The position numbers and the translations under genes were made by a program. From the NCBI GenBank assembly GCA_013239625.1, contig MU054323.1:20605082-20669081 (forward strand): 64,000 nt of DNA, in the 5' to 3' direction. The notes under the pieces are model-generated. The model worked only from the letters and a program-made list of their open reading frames with translations, searched no databases and was not told the origin of the DNA. Of the stretch, positions 46,375 through 58,300 are shown in pieces (the stretch's first letter is position 1; each line of letters begins with the position of its first letter). This DNA is from Lama guanicoe. Lineage: Eukaryota.

Positions 46375-47859
46375 AGAGAAGACCTTTACCCCAAGCTCCT
46401 ATACAGCCTTAGAGGGAAGGACAGAATTCTATTTCTGTTATCCCTCAGGCCAATTTCTGAGGAATCTCTGCCTGGTTTCTTTTTGGCTGCAGGGGCCTGG
46501 TCCCAGCTGGAGCATGGGGTGTGGCTGGGGCAGCCAGAGGGAGGCTGAGAGCTTGGCTCCTGGGGGCTCCGGTAGCCCCCTAGGGCCTTCTCTCTGCCCC
46601 TCCGATCCCTCTTCCCTAAAGGCCAGCTCCACACCCACCTCCTCTAAGAAGCTGCGGCCTCCAGACTTGCCTCTGCCTGGTCCCTTCCCCCTCTTCCTGC
46701 TTGTCTCCTATCCCTGCTAGGGGATGTGTCTGGGTCCCCGTGCCGACTCTAAGCTCTCTGCCTGCAGCTCCCTCACACCCACATGAGGATCTGGTCGCAC
46801 CTCCTTTTAAAAAAAGTTTTTATGAAAGCGATTCCCAGTTTGAAGTGGCCGTGTATACAAAGATAACAAAGCTTGTGATAATTTATAAAAATATTTGCTA
46901 CAGCATGCACATGCAGGATTTCAAAGATGTACATGTTACTTTTCAAGCTGAATAAACAATCCCCCAATTCAATTTTGATTTTTACATAAAAATATAATCT
47001 TGCACTCTTAACAAGACCAGTTATTTTGCATATTTTCTCTTTAGATAAGTGATGAAAACCAGCTTTAAAAAATTCAGCTGAAGGAGGGAACAGAGGAAAA
47101 GTAACTCTGCTTTGGGGCGGACTACACCACGGCGTTGTGATGCACCCTGTAGGCTTCAGTCCTCTGGTGGGTGTCAGTCAGGCTCAGATGCGCTGAATTA
47201 CCCAGAGGGCTGGGGGAGGAGGCGTGGGTACCCCACGGGGTGTGCCTGTCTGTGTGTGCATTTGTGCACGCGCCGTGGGTGACTACGTACATCCATTTGT
47301 GAGTGTGTGTGATTTGTGTACACCCTTGCACAGTCTGCTTATGTGCTTGAATTCTGTGCTTGAATGCCCGGGGTACATGTATGTACTCAGGAGTCCTCCC
47401 TCCCCTATACACCCAACTCCTACTCATTGCTCAGGTGGCTCCCCTGCCCCTCTTCACCCTCACCCCTGAAGCCTGTGCTGACCCTCCAGCTCACCCTGTC
47501 CTCCCCACCCCCTCCCTGCTGACCCTGCAGCCCTGAACTGCTGACCTACATCACAAACACTGCCCATCTTGTTCTGGTTCAAGTCTGGAGTTTGGTCACC
47601 CTTGCTCCCTGAGGGCCAGGCTGACTCCTTTCAAACTGCCTCAAAGCTCAGCTTAGGACTGCAGACACAGCCTTGCCCAATATACACACTTAGGATCTGA
47701 ATTAAAGCCAACTGCATTGAAAGGAACTGCCCCTAAGTGACTAGAAATAAGAGCATGCTAGCTTTCCTCTTTCTGCTTTGAACTCTTTTACTCTCTGTGT
47801 CTTTCTGTTTGTCCTTTCTCTAACTTATTTGCAGTCTCAGTCTTTAGCTTACAAAGTAC

Positions 47860-48010
47860 TTCCTTGTACACCCATATCGCACTCAAATCTCATGACCATC
47901 CTTTAAGATAAGAGTATTTATCCTCCTTGCGCAGATGAGGAAACTGAGTCTCACGGAGGCCACGTTGCGACTCGCCTAAGGTCACTTGGCCTGGAAGCAG
48001 GGCCCAGGAT
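47860..48010 (-). mobile_element. MIR SINE
   Basis: gcagatgaggaaactgagtctcacggagg...gactcgcctaaggtcac. Confidence 0.8.
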
Positions 48011-48229
48011 CCTCACGCCTGAATGGACACCCCGCTCCCAGCCGCTCCCCACCAGTCAGCGCCTGGGGTCAGAGGGCAGTCCGGGCCTGGAGGGGATTCT
48101 TGCCGACCTCCTCTGCCCTCTCCGCGTCCTGAGGTCACCATGGGAAGGAGATGAGCCAGGGCCCCCAGGGCCAGGGACAACCCCGCCCGGCCAGCACTCC
48201 CAGCTGCGGGAGGGGCAGTGAGCTCCGTG

Positions 48230-48396
48230 GACATTGTTCCCAGCCTGTGGTTACTGATTTGACAACAATCCCGTTCCTCTCCAGCCGGCCAGGGAGTTAA
48301 TGATTAAGGAAGGGATTAAATATTAACCACCTGTCGGGCCATGGCGTAATGTCTCTGTCTGCACCTGAGCCTACCTAAAAATACCTCCCACCTGCT
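48230..48396. promoter_or_regulatory. Motif-dense candidate enhancer (SOX, RUNX, two HNF1-like palindromes, three CACCTG, MEF2-like)
   Basis: GTTAATGATTAAG 48296-48308; ATTAAATATTAAC 48315-48327; CACCTG at 48328, 48362, 48389; CTAAAAATAC 48375-48384. Confidence 0.5.
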
Positions 48397-49284
48397 GTGG
48401 GCCAGCCTCACACAGGGCCTCTAAGCCCCTTGCTCTGGCCATCACCTCCCAAGGCAGCCACCCCGGCCCTGACCCTAACCCACCTTCTTCCCACCCATGC
48501 CTACCCCATCAGACTCTCCCACACCCACAGCACCCACTCAAGAAGTTTCCCTGTAGCCTGGCAGCTGCAAGCCACAGTACTGGAAGCACTCTTGGTGGGC
48601 CTTCTGGAGGAGGCGGATGTGCCTGGAACGAACTGCTGTGTGTTCCTGGAGCTTGGAGGGCAGCCTGGGTCAGTAGGTTGCATTCCTTTGTTGTGATCTA
48701 GTTTATCAGGGTTCTTATCTCCTGGCCCAAGTCCTTCCTCCACCTAGAGATCCCTCTGAATACACATGTACCAGGCCCCAACATCCTGGGCTACCAGGAT
48801 TTATTTCACTAAAGAAATCACCAAACAGCAGCAGCCACCCCAGCCAAGCTATTCTTTTCTTGCATTCTAGCAGTGAGGATCTGGGAGCCGCCTCCTGGAA
48901 GCCTCTGAGACTAACCTAGCCCTCGGCACTCCTGGACCTTGCTCCCCAGCTTCCCTCAGTCCTGGGTGATTCAGGCTGGCGTGGGCTGTTACACAGCTTC
49001 AGGAAACTGGCAGCATCTGTTAGAACCATCCTTTGAAGTTCAACCGTGCAGCCCATGTGGCCCTCCAAAGGCTGGGGGCGGGGACAGCTCTATCACACCC
49101 AAGCCCGTGGTCAGAGCCCCCACTGCAGGAACCACAGACAGTGTGACACAGGGCTCACTCAGTCTTTTTCTAGAAAAACTGAATTCTCTACTCGAGGAAC
49201 AACTCTACTGAAAAGCTGTTTCTGCTCAGGGGGAAACCCTCCCTACGTATCCCGCACTGCATTCCCACTTCTAGCCTGGGGAAC

Positions 49285-49400
49285 AGCCATTATCATCCCC
49301 ATTTTACAGACAGGGAAACTGAGGCTGCGGGAGGTTAAAGAACTTGGTCAAACAGCCAGAAAGTGGCAGAGGCTGGCCTGCCCAACTCAAAAGCCAATCT
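49285..49400 (-). mobile_element. MIR SINE
   Basis: attatcatccccattttacagacagggaaactgaggctgcgggaggttaaagaacttg. Confidence 0.9.
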
Positions 49401-51562
49401 AGATTTAAAAGAACCTAGCACAGTTCTTCCCACAGCTGCCTGAACCCCAGACTCAGCTCTTCTCCAAACCAGTTACCGACCGTGCCTTTCCTTCTTCCTT
49501 TTAACTTTCTCTCACTTCTGTTGATCTGTTTATTCTTAATCCTGTAGAACCTCCTCTGTGTGGGGCTCTTTCCAGCAAAGGTGCTCCTTGTCTCCTACAA
49601 CCCGAGGATATGACCCAGGGAGAGACTGAGGAGCTCTGGAAGGGGACTTCCAAGTCCCTCCTAAAACAGGGCTCATTCCTTGAAGACGTTTTTTTAAGCT
49701 TCTCGCAGAGACTTTTAGAAGGACCGCCTTCCTTCTTTCTGCAGTTTGTAAATCATCTTACCAGACCCGGAATGCTTAGAATCAGCATTGCACAGTGGTT
49801 TCCTCACACCATCGCTTGTGTTTACAAATGAGGAAACCAAGGCCCCAAGTGCCTCACTGGTCGTGACCCCCACACGAGCTCCTCAGGGCAGCAGTGGCAC
49901 TGAGCTCGGCACCGATGGGGGCTTCCAGGCCTGGGAAGGTTTTCTTTCCAGGCTACAGCCGCTATCTGAGACTCCCCTTCCCCCCCACCCCAGCTCACCT
50001 GGGCAACCCCATCCTGCTCCCTTCGACTCCAGGCCCCTCCCTAGGCCACTGCTCCTCAGAGTCTGCCTTGCCCCACCCTTGACACTGACCCTGAGGAAGC
50101 CCAGGATTCACGTACTTCTTAGCCAGATACCATGTTCCCCTCTCCCCTGCCCCCCACACATCCTTTTACACAGGCCTCCCTGTGGGGAGGGAAGTGCCTC
50201 CAGGCCCCACGCCTTCTCTTGGCCCAAATCTCCACCCTGTCCTTCGCTCTGCATTTCTGCTCCTGACTTTCTCACATACACACAGTCACTGAGGCGCACT
50301 CACAAATTTAGGTGAATCCGGAAGAGCAGGAAGGAGGGAAGCAACCACCTGAAACTGGTTTTCAATGGGTGACTCTCCATTTTTATTTGCATCTATTTTG
50401 CGTATATTTGCATGGCACCTTTGGAAGCTCTCCATTTTCCCAAAGAACATGGAGGAGTAACAGATTTGTGGACCCCAGGTGGCAACAGTGTGTGGAGATG
50501 TGGGCTGCTTCTGGGGCTGGAGAAGAAGCAGCTGGGGACCCTCTCTACCCCCAATTCTCACCCTGCACAACCCTCAGTTCAAAAGCATCTTGTCTGAGAG
50601 CATCTCCAAAGATAATCCTGTCTTCCTACACACCCCACCCAGAGGCCTGAGGCAATACCTTTCCTGTGAGCAAATAGACCCACTGAGAGGGAGGCGGGCA
50701 GGCCCCTCTGGCTTCAGCCCCTGCCACCCTCTCCCCTTCAGGGGACCCGATAGGGCTACCCTCCCTTCTCCCCGCTCTCTGGCCCTGAGGGTGTGTGGTC
50801 TGGCCTCCCCAGGGCCTAGTGAGTCAGGCCCCACACGCACTCTGGAGCCACAGAGTGGACCAGTGGCCTGAGCCTCTGCTCACCTGGTGGAGCCGGATTG
50901 TCATGGATGCAGAGGTGGGGCAGATCAAGGCCTGCGATCCTGCTGAGATCCCAGGGCTACAATGAGGGGAACTTTGGGCCAGTCCTAGGTCCCCAGGACT
51001 GGGGAAGGGGAGGTGGGATGAGTAGCTGGACTGTCCCAACCAGCCTCTGTCTTCCCCTCCCAGCACCTCCTTGAACCACAGCTTTGCCCACATCAGGTAC
51101 CTGTCTGCCTGCCTCTGGGCCTCTGCTAAAGGACCCTTTCTCTGCCTGGCTAACGCCTCTCATCAGTGAACATCTGACTTGAGAATCTCTTTCCCTAGGA
51201 AGGCTTCCCTGAACCCCAGGGTCACTTAAGTGTCCCCCTGGGCTTTCCCATGCTGCTCCTCAGAAAGCACTCTCTCTCCTATGCCTCTAGCCCCATGAGC
51301 TTGGAGCCTCCGGAGGGCAGGTCTGTGTCATCTGCTCTCCATGACCTCTGGCAGGTCTGCAGCTGGGTGGAAGCTCTTGGGTGTGGCAGGGCAGCCAGAC
51401 CCGGGCAAGTGGGAGGAGGGACGGGGTTTCTCCCCTTCAGATGTGTGTGAAGTGTGTGTCCCACCCACCAGAAGAATAAAAGAAGCTACTTATGAACCTA
51501 TGTACCTACAAGTAGGTGATCACAGGTGAGGACGCTAGGGCTCATCTAATACAGTGGCCCCA

Positions 51563-51657
51563 GTGCGGGAGAGTATTGCTCAGTGGCAGGGCGCATGCTT
51601 AGCGTGCACATGGTCCTGGGTTCAATCCCCAGAACCTCCATCTAAAAAATAAAATAA
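51563..51657 (+). mobile_element. tRNA(Ala)-derived SINE, vic-1-like, short form
   Basis: gtattgctcagtggcagggcgcatgcttagcgtgcacatggtcctgggttcaatccccagaacctcca plus A tail; degenerate TSD aatacagtggcccca (51548-51562) / aatcaagtggctcca (51658-51672). Confidence 0.9.
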
Positions 51658-52204
51658 AATCAAGTGGCTCCACTCTAATCACACTGGCCAGTAAGAAGTT
51701 CTGCCTGCATGGGCTATTTTGGGCCAAGTGATGTCTGAGACCTCAGCTGCCTGGCCCAGATATGTCCTACCCTGAGGCAGGGGGCTGGACACGCTGACCT
51801 CTCAAGGGCCTCCAGGTCAGGATTTGAGCATCCAGGTGACCACAAGCTGAGGCCCCAACCAATTTGTAGCCTCCTGACCCGCTCCCTGGCAAGGGCAGTG
51901 TCATCCCTCCCACCAGCCCTACTAGCTCCCAGTTCAGCTGCAGAAACGGCCAAACGTCTCTCTGGAACCCAAACAGGAAGCTGGGGAGAAGGGTGCCAAC
52001 GGTTGGGGATCTCTGAGGTTCCCCCAGGAAACACGTGGGGAGGTGGCAGGGGAAAAGTCAGGCCTGCCCACCCCACAGCCCCTGAGCTGGGAGCCCACCA
52101 CAGGCACTGAACATCTCTGACCCACCTCCTTGCTGGCAGTGACTCCAGAGGGCACTGGGGAAGCACTGTGGAGAGGGTCTTTTGGAACCCTCGCTCCTGG
52201 GTGA

Positions 52205-53165
52205 ATTTTTTTTTTTGGTTTGTTTTTTCATAGACCTTATTTTTTAGAGCAGTTTTAGATTCACAACAAAATTGAGCAGAAAGTACAGAGTTCCCATATG
52301 CCCCCCTGCCCCCACACAAGCATAGCCTCCTCCATTATCAACATCCCCCACCAGAGTGGTATATTTTTTACATATGATGAACCTATGTGGTAGATACATC
52401 ATTATCACCCAAGGTCCGTAGTTCACATGAGAATTCACTCTTGGTGTCGTACATTCTATGGGTTTGTACAAATATATAATGACACGAATCCACTACTGTA
52501 GTATCACACAGAGCAGTTTTACCTCCCCTCCAAATCCTCTGTGCTCTGCTTATTCATCCTTCTCTCCTCTTTCACACCCCGCAACCACTGATCCTTTTAC
52601 TGTCTCCATAGTTTGCCTTTTCCAGAACATCGCACAGTTGGACTCATACAGTATGTAGCCTTTTCAGATGGGCTTCTTTCACTCAGTAATATGCATTTAC
52701 GTTTCCTCCGTGTCTTTTCATGGCTTGTTCTTAATTAATTTCCTTTAGCACTAAATACTATACCATTGTTAGGATGTACCAGAGTTTATCCATTCACCTA
52801 CTGAAGGATATCTTGGTTACTTCCAAGTTGTAGAAATCATGAATAAAGCTGCTGAAAGCATCAGTGTGCAGGTTTTTGTGTGGACATAAGCTTTCAACTC
52901 ATTTGGGTAAAAATCAAAGAGCATGATTGCTAGATCATAAACAGCATGTTTAGTTTTGTAAAACAAAACAAAACTGCCAAACTGCCTTCCCAAGTGGCTG
53001 TACCACTTTGCATTCTCACCAGCAATAATGACAGATCCTGATGCTCCACATCCTTGCCAGCATTTGGTAATGTCAGTGTTGCCGATTTTGGCCATTTTAA
53101 CAGGTATGTCGTGGTATCTCATTGTTGTTTTAGTTCATAATCCCATAATGACAAATGCTATTGAG
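52205..53165 (-). mobile_element. L1 (L1MC-like) 3' fragment including ORF2 C-terminus
   Basis: poly-T; agagcagttttagattcacaacaaaattgagcagaaagtacagagttcccatat; ORF 52817-53122 MRYHDIPVKMAKI...KCWQGC resembles L1 ORF2p. Confidence 0.93.
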
Positions 53166-54197
53166 CTGGGTCACTTTTAAGGCAGGTTTTTCTTCAAATA
53201 ACCCTGAGATCATATTAACTTCATTTCTTATCAGCGCACCCTTGAGGGCTGAGGACTCAGGATGGAGAAATGCCTGAATCTTAGGCTCTGTTCTGTCACT
53301 GGCTCACCATGGGCCTTGGCAAGTCACTTACCAACCTGGGCCTCAGTTTCTTAGCCTGTGAAATGGTGCTCACAGCATTCTTCCCATTTGAGAGGGCTGG
53401 GGGTGTCTCTGTTCACTAGGATGTGGGTCATGGCTTGGCATGGTGGTCAGTAGTGAGCAAAGCCAGGGACCACAGGCTGCTCACCTGGTGCCAGACCAGC
53501 AGTGACTGCAAACTAGGGAGCCCCACATGCCAGAACTGAGGAGAGAGTCAGAGGGTCACCTCCCTGAACTTGAACCGCCCAGCAGATCCCCAGGCCCTCC
53601 AGGACCGGACAGCAGGGTGTGGCACCTATCCTCGTATGCCCCAGGGATATAGGAGGCTCCTGTGAGAGGACAGGAGGGCAAGACTTGACAGAGAACACCT
53701 GGCCACAGAGTATGCTCCCTGCCACCTCCCAGCTCCCCCAGGGAAGCGTGGGACCAGAGACTCAGAAAGTAAGACAGGCAGTGGTGGGTCCTGCAAATTG
53801 CAGGCAGACCTCAGGCAAACAGAGATCCTGGTTCTTGTCTTCATACAAAAAGGGCCTGTACTCTGGAACGTTTAGCTTAAATGGGAGAGAGGGCTCCAAA
53901 GTTTGAGGGTTGGCCTGGGCCTCTCAAAGATCTCCTGAGCCAGTTGTGAGGGTACTGGGGGAGGGGGAAGGAAGTTTCAGCAGGCAAGACCTCCTCCCCC
54001 ACCCCCTTTCTGGGCTCCACGGGCCCTTTAGCCACTTGTTCCCAGCCAGGCCCTGCCCTCAACAGCAAGATCCAACAAAACTATGCCCACCTCCCACCAA
54101 CTTTCATACATCTTTCTTTTCTGATGCTACAGAAAAAGAGCAGAATGGCTTTTCATCACAAATGCTCAGATAATATCTGTTGGCATTAAAAAAAATA

Positions 54198-54506
54198 AAG
54201 GTATACCTTGTTTTATTGTGCTTCAAAGATATTGTGTCCTTTGCAAATGTGAGAGTTTGTGGCAATCCTGCAGCATTATCATTAGCATTTTGGTTAGCAT
54301 TTTTTAACGATAAAGTATTTTTTAATTAAGGTATGTACTTTTTTTAGACATTTAGTCTAAAGACATTTAGTCCAGCATAGTGCAAACATAGCTCTTCTAT
54401 GCACTGGGAAACCAAAAAACAACAATTGTGTGACTCCCTTTGTTGCGATATTCGCTGCATTGCAGCTATCTGGAACCAAACTCGCAAAACCTCTGAGGGA
54501 TGCCTC
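54198..54506 (-). mobile_element. Internally deleted Tigger1-derived (TcMar) element
   Basis: ends aaggtataccttg / gagggatgcctc flanked by TA on both sides; internal tgcactgggaaaccaaaaaa...tgtgtgactc...ttgcgatattcgc...tctggaacc. Confidence 0.85.
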
Positions 54507-55254
54507 TAATAATGTACGTACATGGCAGGAAAACCAAACAAAAGAGAAAGGTTAAAATAAAACTCTCCCCTGTCTTGCCTTCAACCTTTCCCAACCTCTG
54601 TCTGAAGGTAACCAGGTAACAGTTTCTTGTGTAGCCGGCCAGAAAAAAAATGTTAGGCCCATATTATATGCCCACTAGCAGATAGTGTCTGCATGTGTAT
54701 CTGTTAAACAGAATGTTCAGGAAAAGAAGTTGTGCCGTAACACACAGATCTCCCTTTGCTCTTGTAACCTCACAGCTTAGCCATCCCTCTGAGCAGCACG
54801 TGCAGACCAGCCCATTCTTGAGCCACACGGAACCCACCGTTTCATAGACGTGCTGTAGTGGGGCTGGTGTCCTGCGAACAGGCCTCTTCGTGATGTTCAG
54901 TCTCTTGTTAGAGCATTTTACATGCTCACTCACCTCTTTCCTAATCACCTGCCGCCCTCCCTGGTCACCCTTGGGCCAGAATCTCTTTGGCCCACCTCAG
55001 AGCCCAGAAACTGGAGTTGCAATTAACCCAGTGCAGGCAGAGCTCCTGGAGGCAGGTTCACCTGCTGGCCTCGGGCAGGGCATGAACTTTCTCAGTTCCT
55101 GCCTCTGTAATATGGGGGTCACCCTCTCTTACAGTGGAGGTAGGGATTTTTAAAAGACAGTGTGGTCTAATAAATGGGCTTTCCCTACCCTTTCTGGAAC
55201 TTGTAGGCCATCTGATGAAACAAAACTCCCCTGTGGACCTCCAGGAAACAGGGG

Positions 55255-55375
55255 AATCATAAATGAGGAAACAGAGGCACAGAGAGCTTGAGGAAACTCG
55301 CCCAAGGTCACACAGCTGACAAGTGGGAAAACCGGGATGGAACCAGTCAGTCAGGCTCCACAGTCCATGCTCTGG
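55255..55375 (-). mobile_element. MIR SINE
   Basis: atgaggaaacagaggcacagagag...cccaaggtcacacagctgacaagtgg. Confidence 0.9.
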
Positions 55376-58300
55376 GATACCAGGTGGACAGTGATGGCTG
55401 CCGGGAGGCACGGCCGTGCTGGAGTGTCAGGGACTGGAGGAGGCTGAGTGGAGAAGGAGCGGGAGGTGAACAGGGGCCAAGGGAGGCAAAGGGACCTTCT
55501 AAGCTGGACGAGGCGTGCGAGCTCTCCCCCAGCTCACCGGGGGGGGGGGGTCGCCCGCCCCTCCGCACCCCTCCTCCTCCCTGGAGCCCAGCACCAGCGG
55601 GGCCCTCTGTGGATGCCTGACTTCACCACGAGTGACCACGTGAAGGCTTGCAGGGATGGTGCCAGAGTGAGGAAGACAGGGTGGCCCTGACGTTACTTAG
55701 CGCCATTGTGTGCCAGGTGTGGTGTATTTTATGTCATTTAATCCTTGTACAGCAGACAGTTGTACTGCTGGGGGCTGCCAGCCATTCCAGTTCACGGACC
55801 AGCCCCTCCCCACTGAGGGTGGGTGACTGCCGTGGGCCCCATGCGGCAGGGGAACAGAGGGAAGAAGATGATGGGCTCCCTGGCCCGCTGGACCTCACAG
55901 GCCAGGGGAAGCAGGCACGATGCTTCCTCCAGAAGGGGAGGGGGAGCCAGCCAGCCATAGGCCACCTACTCTCTCTCTCCCTGGGTGCTCCCTTCCTTCC
56001 TGCGGCCCTGCCCTGTCTTTGACTTCAGCCAGGACCACAGCCATCTCCTGAGTCATCTTTGCTTTCTAGCTTTCTGGTTTTTACTCACCTGTCTCCCTAG
56101 TTTGAGCTTCCACCTTGGTGAGAATTCTCTCTCCCTCCTGTATACTCATGAGAACACACGGCTCGCTCAGTGACAACTCCAAAGGACTCTCAGGGAAGGA
56201 CCTCAAGGTCAAGGGGACCCTGAAACTCCAGCCCACTCCACTGGAAGCCCCCAGGGTGAGCCGTGGCTGCAGGGTCTCTGGGTCAGAGCCTGGCTCTCCT
56301 GGGACTGAGCAGCCCACCCATGCTCTGTGACACCTCAATTGTGTGCTCCCTTGCCACATAATTATGGTAAGAAAACCACCTTCTAGGGCTAGTGTGAGGA
56401 TGACATGCAATAACGACCTTAAGGGACCAGGTTTGGCGGAGAATATGCTGCATAAATTATAGCCACTATTATTAAAGTGAACAACCAGAGAATGTGTGTG
56501 CCCAGATGTCAGGTTGCGTGTCCAGAGGTGCCTCAGGAACTCAGAGCAGGGAGAGAGGACTCTTTCCCAGAGCAGTCAGTGGTGGCTTCCTGGAAGAGAG
56601 GGCCTCAGGTGCGGTGTGGAAGGGCTAAGAGGCTGAGTGCTGACTGGAAGGCAAGCATCTGGGCTGGGGATGAGTTATGGGCAGCAGGGAGGAGGTGCAC
56701 ATATGTGTGAATATAAGACAGGCAGAGACAGCTGGCCCTGAGGCCACCCCAAGGATGTGAGCAGGTGAGCCGTGAGTCCACACTGGCTCAGTGCAGGGTG
56801 ATGAGCTCTAATGCCAGGCAGAGGCCTCTGGGACACAGGGACCCCAAGAAGGCTTTAAAGAGAGAGCAGCTCTGATGGTGCGGCAGGTGGCTTGCCTCAT
56901 TCTGGGGGGAAGCATGGCCTATGGCAGACCCAGGAGAAGCCCAGGTAGACCCTGCTGGGCTCTCCTCTCCGTCCCGTCCTTTGGCCCAGGATCAAGAGCT
57001 GGGGATGTCCGCTCCCTGTAGAGTTCTTGAGACCCCTGGCCTTGGTCTCCTTGGCTGCATTATCACCCCTCGCAGGCCAGCTCACAGAGCTTGAGGCGGC
57101 AGGAATGGAGGACCGGAAGGGCTGGCCTGCCCAGGGCCTGCCTGTGGCGGGTGAGAGACCGGCCCAGCGCGGTGTTTATATTTTCCCTCCTTTCCTACTG
57201 CTGGCCCCGCCGGCCGGCGGTTACACCACTGCGGTTTGCTGGCCCCAGGGAGTGCCTCCCTTACATAACCCCTGACACAACGGCCCCTAAAACACACATG
57301 CACACCAGCACGGGCTCCGATTCACACACTTCTGCACACACACGCACTCCCGCACACATACTCGCTGAGGTCTTACAGGGTCTCACTTCCTCAATGGGCA
57401 ACACTGTTGTATCCGGAGGATGTCTGCTGCCCCCGTCCACAGTCACACGGCTGGGGGCTTCCCCCTGGTTTCAGGGGAAGAACCTTCCCACCTCCTTGTC
57501 CTCAAGCCCAGGTGCCCTGAGCCTAGAGGGGCTGTCCCAGCTGACAGCCTCAGTCTCTGGCCCCAGCTCGAGGGGAGGGGGTGGACAATTGCAGGCTGCT
57601 CTCCAAGAGCCTGGAGGTGTGGGGAGCTGGGGCTTAGCACGGGAGGAATTGAGAACTGGACAGGGAGACAAAGACCAGACCCCACGGCGCAGCCCCTGTC
57701 ATGTGGACTCCAGACACAGCACAGGCAGGCACACAGCAAACGAACAGGGGTGGAAATGACGTCGGAGGCCCAGGGAGGTGGGAGGTATTTATGCCACATT
57801 TTGGGAGGAGACCATGATGGCCACTTTCAAGGTTTTAAATGCATATTACCCTCCATCGAAACGTGGGAGCCTCCCTGTAACCTAGCAAAGCTGCCTCACA
57901 GATTCATCTGAGGGAAATATTTGCCCTGGGATCTGTGAGTCAGGATGTCCATGCCACATTGCTTGTGAACTGGTGCAGAGCCCGGGCAGCCACCATAGGG
58001 CCTCCCTTCTGTGGGTACCAAGCTGCTGTTAAGCGGGCCCCTGGCCAGGATGGACGGCGTGACCCCACCCTGTGAACTGAAAGTGTGTGTGAGGATGAAC
58101 AGAGGTGCACAGTCAAATCTCTGGAACTCCTCACACAAAGCAGGTTTCGTGTGGTCAGCTTTGCTGCGTGGGGCTGAGGAGGGAGATCAGGAGGAACATT
58201 TCCGTTTGGACACGCTGAAAAGCACTGTGTGCTGTTTGGATGCTCAGAACAAGCATGCACAAGTTTGGAATAAGAGGAAAAACTCAATAGGCGGTCATGT

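Noticed and set aside
52817..53122. ORFs resembling real protein (also 43584-43778)
   Set aside because: Decayed L1 ORF2 C-terminal remnants, not host genes.
57091..57759. 222-aa ORF (and the 222-aa ORF at 63182-63850)
   Set aside because: Non-ATG starts, no recognisable protein features; expected by chance in GC-rich DNA.
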